From contig CM060733.1 of NCBI GenBank assembly GCA_030704615.1, forward strand, positions 40,238,001-40,302,000: a stretch of DNA of 64,000 nucleotides. Direction: 5' to 3'. The notes under the pieces are model-generated. The model did not search any database, was not told the DNA's origin, and was given only the letters and a program-made list of their open reading frames with translations. A program made the position numbers and the translations under genes. Each line of letters opens with the position of its first letter. The stretch's first letter is position 1. The stretch comes from Takakia lepidozioides (Eukaryota; Plantae; Bryophyta). This document shows, piece after piece, positions 33,627 to 44,727 of this stretch.

Positions 33627-35399
33627 TGGGAGTGGATACAACCATGGAAGGCTAACAAGCAACGCAAGGCCCAGCTACTAGGAGACCTTGAACACACGAG
33701 ATCCTGGCTCAAGTTCACAGATTGCAAGACGGCGACTAACGATGGGCTACTCTTGAACCCGCCCCTTGGTCTATAGAGTTTGAGTACAATAGGGACAGTG
33801 ATAGAGGACTTAGTACGGCTGTGACTATTACATCTTGTAGCTATCTGGAGGTAGAGGGACCTATCCACCAGCTAGGGGGGCGATTGTGACAGACTACTTT
33901 ATTGTGTATATATGTGTGGTGTGGTTTGGACAACGATGTAGTTGTGTAGCGATATGTATGCGCACGACAGCTGTCAAGTTAAATAAGCACAGTGTGAAAA
34001 CAGCTAGAATAAAACTAGTTATTTGTATTTAACACTTGGATTTAGGTCAAGTGTTAAATCAGGTGTCAAGTTTAGTTTGACACCTGGTCCGTCTTATCTT
34101 CACGAGAGCGGCAGTCGCGCGGCTCATCTCTCTCGAGTTGAGCCTGCGCGACCAAGCTCCTGCATGCGGTTAGATTTGAGTGTGCTTATGTAGGGGTACA
34201 GGTTGTTGTGGGGTGGAGTCCCCATAGCTTGGGGTGCCCCTGGCTCGACTACTATTTCTAAGAGTGATGGTTTGGTTTTTATGTTTTGTGTAAACAGTGT
34301 GTTTGTTGGTTTTCTATCAATTGTGGCAGATTACTTTATTGTGCATATATGTGTGGTGTGGTTTGGACAGCGATGTAGTTGTGTAGCGATATGTATGCGC
34401 ACGACAGCTTTCTTTCTTACAAGAAGGTACATCTTGGCGAGGAATTCAATGGCGCACTATGACACTTTGTGGGCGCTGGAGGAAGGCGTTGATAATTACA
34501 AGCTTGCTATCGAACAGTTCCCTAGCCTATGGCAAAGCCACACCGACCAATGTGCCGTCATCAGCAAGTACTCCCGTCTGAAGACCTTGCTATACAACTG
34601 TTTCTGCGACTGGTGAACATCTAACGTTTGAGTGCAGCACAATAGCTCTACCAGTGTGGGGTCTTGAAGCATGGTGTCAAAGCTCCCCCTCTATCCATTT
34701 ATTGTACATATGCAGTGGAAAACCCCAGGGTTTTTTGCCTGGTTTAGTGCGAATAGGCGGACTGTGCTGTGAGAACGTGGTGAACTTTTTGACATGGTAA
34801 AGGTTATTGGCTTTGGCATTTGTTAGCTCTTGTATATGACCCTTCAATTGGCCTCCTAGTAGTAGCATCAGCCTTTGGGTTTCTGGTATAACATTTGGCA
34901 TTTGGCCCTGTAGCTCCTTACAGTATACAGATGAAGTATTGAATTCTGGAGATGTTGGTTCTCCTGTGTCATTCCCCTGCCTAGGGCTATACATTTTCCA
35001 TTGATGGTAGGTGGTGTCGTGGTCTTGCATCTTGATACAGTACTTTGTACTCTTATCCCAGAATTGTGAGGTTGGAGACTTCATACTTAAGTTTCTAATT
35101 TTACAACTCTGAAATAAGAGTAGAAAACACTGAACTAATGATGCAAGACCATAACACCAAATATTATCAATGGAAAATGTACAGCCTTCGGCATGAGAAT
35201 GACACAACAAAACCAACATCTTTGGCATTTAATACTTCATCAACATGCTGCGAGGAGCTACAGTGCCACATGTCAAATGATATACCAGAAACCCAAAAGC
35301 TGATGCTATTATTAGGAGCCCGACTGCATGGTGAGAGTGGTCATTGTGTTGTTCTTCCCTTGGCGGGATGTAGTTACCATCCCCTTGTGCATGGATGTC

Positions 35400-35907
35400 A
35401 CGAATGTGGAATGAAGCATTTATCGTTCTTCCCCCCTGGAAAGCCTCGATAGCATCATAGTACTCCACATTGAAATTTTGAGGCAAATAGTAACGATCAC
35501 GATCTTCTACACTTATATCCCAATAGCTAATATTGTGTCCAATACCTTTGTGGTAGTCGTTTATCTTTTTGTAGTCACTGTTGATACAATTCCATTTGTC
35601 CTTACACATTTTCCCGTTCCATGGTGTCTTTGATTGAGTCCTTGCAAGCACTGACTCTGCAATTCTGTTCCATTTTATGCCTGCGAGTACCATGACTACC
35701 CTGTGATCAATGACATCCTTTTTTGCAATGTGCTCTCAGTGCTTGCAAGCAATAAAAGCCAGCACTTCGTCGTGGTGCCAATTTGTATGGCGTTGTCGTG
35801 GAGGTTCCCCGTTTCCTCTCCCTCTCCCTCCCCCTTCCTCGCCCTCTGCCCCCTTTTCTTGCTCCACTATCCATTGACATCGATTCCTCTACTCCATCTG
35901 TTTCCAT
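35400..35907 (-). pseudogene. Myb/SANT-like (trihelix) DNA-binding protein remnant, PIF/Harbinger ORF1-like
   Basis: WHHDEVLAFIACK...KWNRIAESV...CKDKWNCINSDYKKINDY...SYW; stop and frameshift present. Confidence 0.65.
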
Positions 35908-36313
35908 GGCGTCTCAATTTTTCGCGCAATCTTCTTGAATTTCTACACAAAAGTTGTCTATAATTCGCTAAGCACTCTGCAATTTCTGCAATGGCGCAAG
36001 AGTTCAAGGCGCCAAATCTCAAGGCGCCAGAGGGACGCTGCACGGACGTGCTCGGGGTGAGAGAAGCGAGGGTTGATGATAGTGGCGGGAGATAGTTATC
36101 AGTCCGAAAATGGAGGTGATAGCTAATAGACAGTGGTAAATGGTCACATCTACCATTTCATAAGAATTTGCCTAAACACTATCAAGCATTTGGGGATAAT
36201 AACCAACCTCTATCGCTGGTTTTAAGAGGTGCGATAGCAATGCCATGTCAGCAAGACACGTCATTAACTTATCGACAGAGTAGTGTAGGTCTGAACACTG
36301 ATATTGCATCGTA

Positions 36314-37153
36314 GTGGGATAGCCGGTTAGGCAGAAATTAATTCGAAAAAAAAGTGCCTAATCCAAATAAATTATTTTTGGCAAGAGTGCCTACTTTAAA
36401 TTTTTTTCTCTAAAAGTGTATAATGGTATAAAAACTTGAATTTAAATTAAAAACAAAGAAAAAAATCTAAAAATAATATCCGTTTTGATGCTGTACTACT
36501 CCAGATAACCCTCCATAGGTCATTGCTTACTCAACTATCTCAATCGTAGGTTGCCTAGTAGCCAAGCTCTCATTGGGGACTCTGAACACTATCATGAGAT
36601 TATGGAAGCGCTTCATCTACAATATGGAAGCTCTTCATCTACAATATGAAGATTTGCCAAACATCTACTCATGCTATCAACTACACTGAGATTAGGATAA
36701 ATGTCCGGGACATTTTCCATAGCAAGATCCCTTTCCAGGTTATCATCGGAGGTGACAAACAAGTTGCTTGCAAAATTAGCTCTCATAGCCTCTCCTTGAA
36801 ACATGCAACATGCGTTCGAATGCACGTAGAATGCCACATTGTTCCCAGCCGGACACAATCATCTCTATGACGTCCAACATAACACCAAAGCCCCCCACAA
36901 CCAAAGAGCTGCCCACTCATGCATCTTGGATACATGTGTGATCGCCTTCACCTCCGCGGTGGAACACATCCATGGACGGCTGTGTTTTGATATTTTTGTA
37001 TTTTCATTTTGTGTGCCTAATTTTTAGTTGCCTAATTTGAAAAAATTACACATCCAGGATGCTTAATTAATTTTTTTTTCTCAAAAGTGCCTAACTGTCA
37101 AGATTCCCCAGAAATAATTATTAGGCAGGCAAGTGCCTAACCGGCTATCCCAC
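36314..37153. mobile_element. TIR element, probably hAT-derived
   Basis: Perfect 20-bp inverted repeat GTGGGATAGCCGGTTAGGCA (36314-36333 / 37134-37153); subterminal GTGCCTA repeats; internal YVHSN resembling the hAT dimerisation region; no TSD found. Confidence 0.6.
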
Positions 37154-38120
37154 GGTAGCTGGTTTATTCACTCTGCTATCTCCACGTCTGAACGTACTAT
37201 GTACCCTTGTAACGAAACCTATTAAGAAAATATGAAAACGGAACTGATGAATGACAGGTTGATGTGAATGAACAAAGGATAACTTATCATCCAGAAGACG
37301 AATGTCTGACAGGAAATGTACAGGAATGGAAGGCAGCGAGTTCGAACGAAGCCGCATTTATGGGCCTGTCTGTGCGGGAATGCGATTCAAATTCCCACTT
37401 TCGACGCTACTGCTACTCGCCACCGGTCATCTTCACCCTGTCAGGCCAATACTGACCACTATACGGTCGAGCCATTCTGTACACCTGGAACGCAGTTGGA
37501 CGGAGCAAGGTAGGCAGCAAGCCAATACCTATACGGTGTACAATCACCTGAGTATGCACATACTCAGTTATACATACATACGACTACGATGCTTATGCCG
37601 CCCTAGAGCTAGCCGGTGGTTTTTTGAATTTGCCGGTGACTGTCCCGGTTTCTCCCTTTTGTGGAAATCCGAATTTGAAAATAATTATGAGGAGTAAGTA
37701 ATGGCGTATGTCGGTGTAGAGCCCGAAGATAATGTCGGTTTTAGGGTTTTTACTGTGCCTTTCTCGATGGTTTCAACATTTTTGTGTTGAATAGGGTAGT
37801 ACCCCATTGCCTCGCTCTCGGAGAAGAAACAGACAGGGACGAGAGAGAGAGAGAGAGAGAGACAGGGAGAGGGAGGAGAGGAGCAAGCTTCGCATTCGCA
37901 GGGAGTGTGGCAGAGACAATTGTGAGGAGTGATCGAAGTGGAGTTGCAAATGGTACAGCAGAGAGCGGGAATCACATCTCAGGCCGCCGGGCGTTCTCTT
38001 GTGTCTGCGTGTTAGCAGCCTGTGGGGCTGTGTGTGGTGGTGTTTAGATGCAGAGGGTGTGACTGTATGCCTCAGTCTGGTGGTCTTCAGATTGGATGAA
38101 TGCCACTGCCACAGCATTTG

Positions 38121-41100
38121 ATGGCTTCCACGTCCAAGCGGCGTGTGTCGCGCGCTAAAGCCACTAAAGTCGTAGAACCTGAGGGCGCTCGGCGTGGAAG
38201 CCTGGTGGGCCTCTGTGTGTAACCCTAGAAATTTTGGGCTAGGTAGTATCAGGGGTTGCAGGGATGCCTTGGCTTCTCTGGTTTCTACGTAGTGTATTTT
38301 GGTGAGTTGTTGTCAGACAAAGTAGGGTGGAGGGAAGGTTGAGAGAAAAGGGGGGAAGCAATCCGAAGGGAAGAAGCTGCTAGTGCTTGGTTGTGTACGA
38401 AGAATTCGATTGCTCAGGTTTTTCTTCACTAGTACAGAGTGGGGTCTGCTCATGACTGGGTGATTGGGTGTAATCATTATGTATATCTGTGTGTGTGATT
38501 CACAGGGGACCTTATGGAAGGAGGCGTTTCCGGTCGGCACTGAGGTGTGTGAACTTGCGGTCATTCTCTTGATGTCTGTGAGCTTATATTTCAGAGGTGT
38601 CGACGATGGAGCTAGCAACGGGGACTTGATTCAGGCTTCTCAGTCCGTATTTTCAAGCCTAGTGTTACGGTACTTGGAAATTTGAATGTTACTGACGGGT
38701 TTGGATGTTGGATGGCTGCAGTGGGACCAGTACGACAAAGTGTATGAGATCGACTGGGATTTTACAAACCTGGAGGTAGACATCTTGCTGGTTTGCACGA
38801 TAAAAGTTGGAGCATAATGTTGTTATTATGCTTTTAAACCCTGAATTCCTTGTGGCATACATATTGGATTTATTGTCTTTTATCTTCATCATAAAACCTA
38901 GCTATATCTTCCATGAAACGTTGAGGAAAGTGGAAGTGTCTGATTATACCTTAGTCATGGTCCAGGAAGCATTTGAGGAAGGGGGGCGTCTCCATGGCAA
39001 GCGAGTCTATCTGTTTGGGTGCACAGAGCGTAAGCTTCTATTTTCTATTTAGAGTTTCCCTGTTTTAGTGGGTGTGCACATTGGAGCAAAACTAAATAGT
39101 CTAGTACTGAACATCTCAGTAGGACTGGGTTCTCAGTGACAGTCGGTCTTGAAAGAAGCCTGTAGTAGCAGTCTGAAGATTTTTCCTCTGATTTTATTTT
39201 TGGTGGGGTTGATATTGTAACTTGCTATCACTCTGAGTCTGGATATTCTGTCTGGTTCCGTGTGAGTGGCATTGGATCTGGCCTTTCAATCCATTAGTTC
39301 CCCCATGTTGTGCTCTTGTAATGAAGTATCATTGCTTGACTGGATTATGCAGGTTGGTGGTAGTGCAGCTGCCTGCTTTGAGTGTGTGGTTTCTCATGGA
39401 TGTGATTCTTGTAGTGTCACTTTGTTGTGAGATATAAGTCATTTCAGTGGGACACTGATAGATGCAAGTCTCAGTGCTAACAAAGGGGACTTTTTTTCAA
39501 TGAGTGCAGCTCAGTTGGTTGAATTCAAAAACACTTCAAAGGTTATCCATATTCCTGCAGTTGTGGCGGTATGTATTCTGTCAGAGTTGCCCCTGTTTGA
39601 TCACAACTGCTCAGAGAGGTGTTGCCTTTGGGTTCTTGTAAGGTTTTTATTCAATATAGCTGTGTGTTGGTATAGTTTTACCAAGTGTTTAACAGTTTGA
39701 AGTTTTTCCTGCAGCAGAGGCAAAATGGGTTTTACATGCAAAAGATCTGATAGGGGCCTGGCAATTTTGAATTTTGGTATGACTTATGCATTTGTCTTTC
39801 CATGGGGATTGGTTGTTTACAGGTAACATCACCATTCCCACCATCGGACAAAATTGGCATAAAGTCTGTACAAAGGGAGGATGAATTAATAGTGCCCATG
39901 AAGGAGATGAAGATGGACTGGGTACCCTACGTTCCTGAGTATGTGCGGGAGTATGTTTACCACTCTTCCTATGCTTTATGTGCTTCCCCATGCTCCTCAT
40001 GATGATAGCTATGTTGGTTAAGGGGAGATTGTAAAGGTTGTAATGATACTTTTTGTAGTGACCACACTATTTTTGCTATGAGATGTTAGGAGCCATCTGG
40101 TGAAAAGCTTACACGTTATTGCTCATCTGTGGTTGTACCAGTGTGTGCCAAGTGTTGACCTCCACCTACTGATACAACATGCTCTCTCAATGTCATTCTA
40201 CCTGGCACTTGGTTCTGCCAGGTTTTTTTTTTTGTTAATACAGTAGTGGGCAGGTATTGTCACAGGGGGTGCATGTAGAAAGGAGATTACTGATCATTGA
40301 ATCCTAGGTTATAATACCTCCACCTATGGTCTTATCTGACATTTCGTTGTCTGTTTGGCATTGAGCAGCCACACTGCAGTGGAGCGTTACAAGTCACAGA
40401 TTTTTACCCTAAAGTGTAATCAACGAAAGTATGTGTGCTTTTCTGTTTGACTGCTCACAGACTCTCTTGATACTTTGCTTTGCTTGTAGGTGTTGGGTTA
40501 CCATCTAGAGATAATCTATATTCTAGGTTCCTAGACTGGTTGTCCCAGGCTGACAAGGATGTTTTTATGGTACACACAGAGCTGCATTGAAGCAACTGAA
40601 GCAGGAGAGGATTAAAAAGTATGAGTATTGTCTTCCTTGTGAGTGTCTTTATCCCTTCTCCTTTTTCTCTATACTTGTTGTTAGTAGTGACAGTTCTAAA
40701 TTGTGTAATAGTTTTCTTCTGTGGATTCAGAAGAGGTTATTTTCTGCCAGTGACTTATGAAGAGATTCACTTCATATTCAAGTAGGAAACAGTCTTGATG
40801 TGGCTTGGCCTTTGTGTGTTTTGTAGATATATACTCGCCTTTAAGGGAGGATGAGACAATCGTTGAGACCACAGTGAGCATTATGTATCCCATGGAGGAT
40901 GACACAAAGCCCCCGGTAAATGATTCCTCCATGCATGTTGTCATCAGTTACTTGTGCTTCTGATGTTTGCGTACTAAAGGCATGTCTGAGTTTGTTGGCA
41001 AAGTCTTTGCTGACTGGAAGATTGTTGATTGGGTGTGGTGGGGCAGGTGGTCACAGAGTTTGATTGGGAACTTGATGAAACAGAGGTACAAGATCCCTGT

Positions 41101-42558
41101 CTCCCAATGATTGAGAACATGCAGCTCGCTGTAATGCTAGTCTATATTGTGTTTATTCTCATGATTTACTGAGAGTGATTCAATCTTCTTTGCTCTCAGC
41201 AACGCCAATCTGTTGTTTGAAACTATGTCTGAATGAAGAATATTCTGCAAACGAAATATGAAGGACTGTCTCTGTACTCGCATGTACATCTCTACATGGA
41301 GACATTGATATATGAATCCTATGTATGCTTGGGTAGATGTGAGATGGTTGAGTGCCTATGTAGACATTGTGCAGAAGTGTTGCTGAGTGCTCTTAACTCC
41401 ATAGCCCAGGCCTGAAGTTGGTACCACCCTTTTTTGTTGAATACAGGAGTTTGTACAAACCCTGATTGATGATGAGGTCTTGCCTGAAGAGGAAAAGGAT
41501 AAGTTCAAGGTGTGTTACCACAAGCTCGAAGTTCTGTCCATGCTCTACATTTGTGGCTGTTCATGTTCAATTAATGAGTAAACCTGTTTTTTTGGAATAA
41601 ATGGCATATCAATTCAAGTGTAAAATATTTTTCATGCATTTGATATGGGTGATATGGTTTCTAATGGAGTCTACATGAAGATGGTGCTTAAGTTAAAGCT
41701 ATGAATTCTTAGCCTGGGCAGTGTAACAGGGCGACAGGGCAAGCAGATAGTGAACTTTTTCACTTACCAGACATGTTGGCCTAGTGCATTTCTAGATTAA
41801 AAGCTGTGATAGATTGTGGGCAAGTATCAACCCAGTTTTCAAGGTAGTCCTTGGTTTTGATGTGGACAATAATAGCCATCACTTCCCACTCTCTTGTCAA
41901 CAGAAATGAAATTGTAAAAGTGACAGGCTGACAGTTTATTATGGTCATGTGGTTGAGTATCAGAAATACTTGAAGGATACTGTTTCAGCAGAAAAGAGGA
42001 AGAACCGTGAGGTATAAGTTTGGAACCCTCATGTAAACCTCATGTGATGGCTTCTCTGTTTATTTAGAATGTTCTTCAAAAACTTAACTCTGGCTTCTTA
42101 CTCCATTGAAAGATACATATATCAAGAAAGATTAATTCTGGCAGATGTGATACAGAAGTTTTTGGGGGGTGTACAATCTTTCCTGGTAAAGTAAGGTTAG
42201 TGCAATGAGTTGCAGACTACTTGATGTGCCGTAGTTTGGATTGTTTTTTTGAAATTTGTTAGCTGTTGCAGGCAAAAGAAGCTCGGCGAAAGGCTCTCGA
42301 GGACATGAGTGCAGATGACAAACAAGCATTTGAGAACATGCGATTTTACAAGTTTTATCCTGTAAAAAGTGATGATGCTCCAGACATTTCGGCAACAAAG
42401 GTCAGTTTTGTCTGTTTCCCTTTTGTCACCTCATCCCAAGCCAGCAAGGCTCTCTGGCCTCAACTCTTTGAGAAGGCAAAGTCTAATGAGCTTGATTGTA
42501 ATGTTTGCAGGCCTCGTTCATCAACAGATACTATGGGAAAGCCACAGAGGTCTTGTAG
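38121..42558 (+). CDS. HIT4: HEAT INTOLERANT 4-like protein, multi-exon
   Basis: Spliced peptide LWKEAFPVGTE/WDQYDKVYEIDWDFTNLE/EAFEEGG...YLFGCTE/...SPFPPSDKIGIKSVQRE...MKMDWVPYVP.../RFYKFYPV.../SFINRYYGKA; start exon less certain. Confidence 0.85.
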
Positions 42559-43253
42559 CTTGAAAGAACCTTGGAAATGTTGACTATGCTGGAGAAGCTG
42601 GTAGTTTTTGGAGGAGTTAAATCCCCTAGAAATTTCCTGTTGCTGCCTGAGAGGCACCTCTGCAAGTTACCATGGAATGAAGCTAGTAAGATTTTGTGTC
42701 ATCTAGTCATGTGTTGTACCTCTGTAAATGCATCTGTACACGGAAGTGTCCATTGCATCAGTCAAGTAGTTTCAGCCATTGTTTCAGCAAACTTCACTGC
42801 TATGTGGGGTCTAAAGTTGTGGATATGAGATGGGTAATAAGTGAGTGGTATGTAGTGAGTGAAAGATCTGCGGCCAACTTTTTCTGAATAAAGAAAATAT
42901 AATGACTGCCTACTGCGTGTGGAGTAGACTTGGAGTCCAGTGTCTGTCAATCTATCTCTTTGTACTTGGACCTACATATGTGATCACACCTTTCAGAAGT
43001 AGGCAAAACATGTGAGGGATGCCCTGCTGTCCATGAATGTACAATATTGTGTGGGGAGTTTGTGCTTGCGGCATGGCATTCTAATTGAAGTCCCTTCTAG
43101 AATTACATCTCAAAATGGATGTTCGATCTGAAATGAAGATGTGGTGTGAATGTGTTGGTTTGTGGCACACATGCTGCAAAGGGACAGAACAATTCTGCTA
43201 TGATATTTGTGTCAGCAAAGTTCGATTAGAGAGAAGATGCGAGACGAGAAGCA

Positions 43254-44387
43254 CTAGGCACGCTCGATTGCTTTGATGCAATCTGCTATTGGAGCATTTT
43301 GAGCCATAGCTGCCATGAGAGCTTCATAAGCTTTTGCTTTGTTCTTCAACAAAGAACCAGCGTACAAAACAGCCCAGCGTGTCAAATTCTGCTGCTGTTC
43401 CTTACTCAGGGGGGGTTTGGTCCTGTTGATCAGCCTTTGCAGAGAAAAAAGATCTGCAGATTGGCCCACAACTTTGTCATACTTTAGCCCTTCAGCGGCA
43501 AGGCCCGCCATGGACACCACAGCTAATCTGTCTAGCAGCTGTGAATCGAGAAAACCCTCATAGATCTTCTTTTGCAATGCTTGGTCCACGAGATTGACAT
43601 GCTCCTTCCCGAGATCCAAGCTGTAGGCGAGGATGGGCAAGCCCACAAGATACGCGGTAAGGAAGTGTGCTGCCTCATGACGAAGGATTCTCTCCTGGTA
43701 ATCAGGGAACATGGAGGAGAAACTGTTGATTGCTACTTGGAAGAGCCCCGGTGCAACGCTACCGATTGCAAGAACCACAAGAGAGATGCTTCCAACTAAG
43801 TAGGGAACAAAGAAGCCCCAGTCTCCCGGGAGCTGGCTGGCAGCTACGGCCACAATGCTCGTGCCCCCAACTACAGTCGAAAGGAATGCCAAGTCGTTGC
43901 GAACACTAGGGATAGCCAGCTGCTCCGCATTCTTGATCCCCATCGTGGTAAGTTCCCTGATGAATGTGGAGCGCCTGGAAACCGACGGAAGCGAGCTCCA
44001 CAGCCGACTGTAGCCTGCTTCCCGAAGCTTGTCGAGCGCGCCCTTCACAGCCTCTGCATCCTTCCCAGCTATGGCATCATTAAGAGCTTGAAATCCATCC
44101 GATTGCGTCACCGATGGTGCTCCCACTCCTTCGCCCGCAGCTGCGTTCACCACCCCTGCAACTCGTGAAAAATCCACCTGCTCCCTCCTTTTACGTAGCC
44201 CTCTCCCTCTCGTGACCTCCCTCTCCCTCTCCATAACTAACCCATTTGGAAGCCCAGCTTGGCATCCACTTGGGACCTTGAAGTAAATGCTTTGCACGCA
44301 ATATGACTGTGAAAGAGTGGCTCCAAACCAGACTGTGGAGACCTCCGAAGTGGAGCAAAGCCCCATCCCACCCCTTAGACCCGCCAT
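43254..44387 (-). CDS. VIR3: VIRESCENT3-like chloroplast zinc metalloprotease-like protein, intronless
   Basis: 377-aa ORF with transit-like N-terminus, two hydrophobic helices, RHEAAHFL, MAGLAAE, GQSADLFSLQR, NLTRWAVL. Confidence 0.8.
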   Translation of the reverse strand: MAGLRGGMGLCSTSEVSTVWFGATLSQSYCVQSIYFKVPSGCQAGLPNGLVMEREREVTRGRGLRKRREQVDFSRVAGVVNAAAGEGVGAPSVTQSDGFQALNDAIAGKDAEAVKGALDKLREAGYSRLWSSLPSVSRRSTFIRELTTMGIKNAEQLAIPSVRNDLAFLSTVVGGTSIVAVAASQLPGDWGFFVPYLVGSISLVVLAIGSVAPGLFQVAINSFSSMFPDYQERILRHEAAHFLTAYLVGLPILAYSLDLGKEHVNLVDQALQKKIYEGFLDSQLLDRLAVVSMAGLAAEGLKYDKVVGQSADLFSLQRLINRTKPPLSKEQQQNLTRWAVLYAGSLLKNKAKAYEALMAAMAQNAPIADCIKAIERA

Positions 44388-44727
44388 CTCTCACTCAACT
44401 ACCTCGTTTTCGATTGCTTCAATGTGCGCCTTCCGTCAATTCCTCCCCTTCGAATTCTCGCACACGGAAACACAGAATCTGCTCTGTTTCAAGTCGATTC
44501 TGCTCAAGCACATCTGCAGTGCTGCTCTGCACACGATAAGGTGCGAGACAGCCTTGTATTGCCACGTGGCTCTCTCCGTTACTAACACTAATTTTTGTTA
44601 ATGTATCCTTGAGTCGACTCGAGGAGTCGTTAACTAACGACAAACGGGCATATAACGAATCTTTCAGCGAGGGTTTGTCTGCCTCGTGAGATTCTTGGCA
44701 GTCTGATCGTAGGAGACGGAGGAGGGC

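Larger units (their letters stand above)
31388..34406 (+). mobile_element. Non-autonomous retroelement copy 3, complete: B - primer site - patchwork interior - integrase tail/PHD - PPT - A - B - A
   Basis: B 31388-31734; PPT 33872-33884; A 33885-33969; B 33972-34319; A 34322-34406; GCTT on both flanks (31384-31387, 34407-34410); both flanks map close together in the paralogous region (~12665 and ~12555). Confidence 0.9.
29204..34905 (-). repeat. Right copy of the inverted duplication; lacks GALK promoter/exon 1 and is interrupted by element 31388-34406
   Basis: Junction at ~29429/29430 joins the equivalents of 18037 and 17387; other matches listed under the left copy. Confidence 0.85.

Noticed and set aside
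34410-35228. 183-aa ORF 34677-35228 and a zinc-finger-like reading of the 12070-12635 paralog
   Set aside because: The ORF spans the foldback, frames are not conserved between paralogs, and no family could be assigned with confidence
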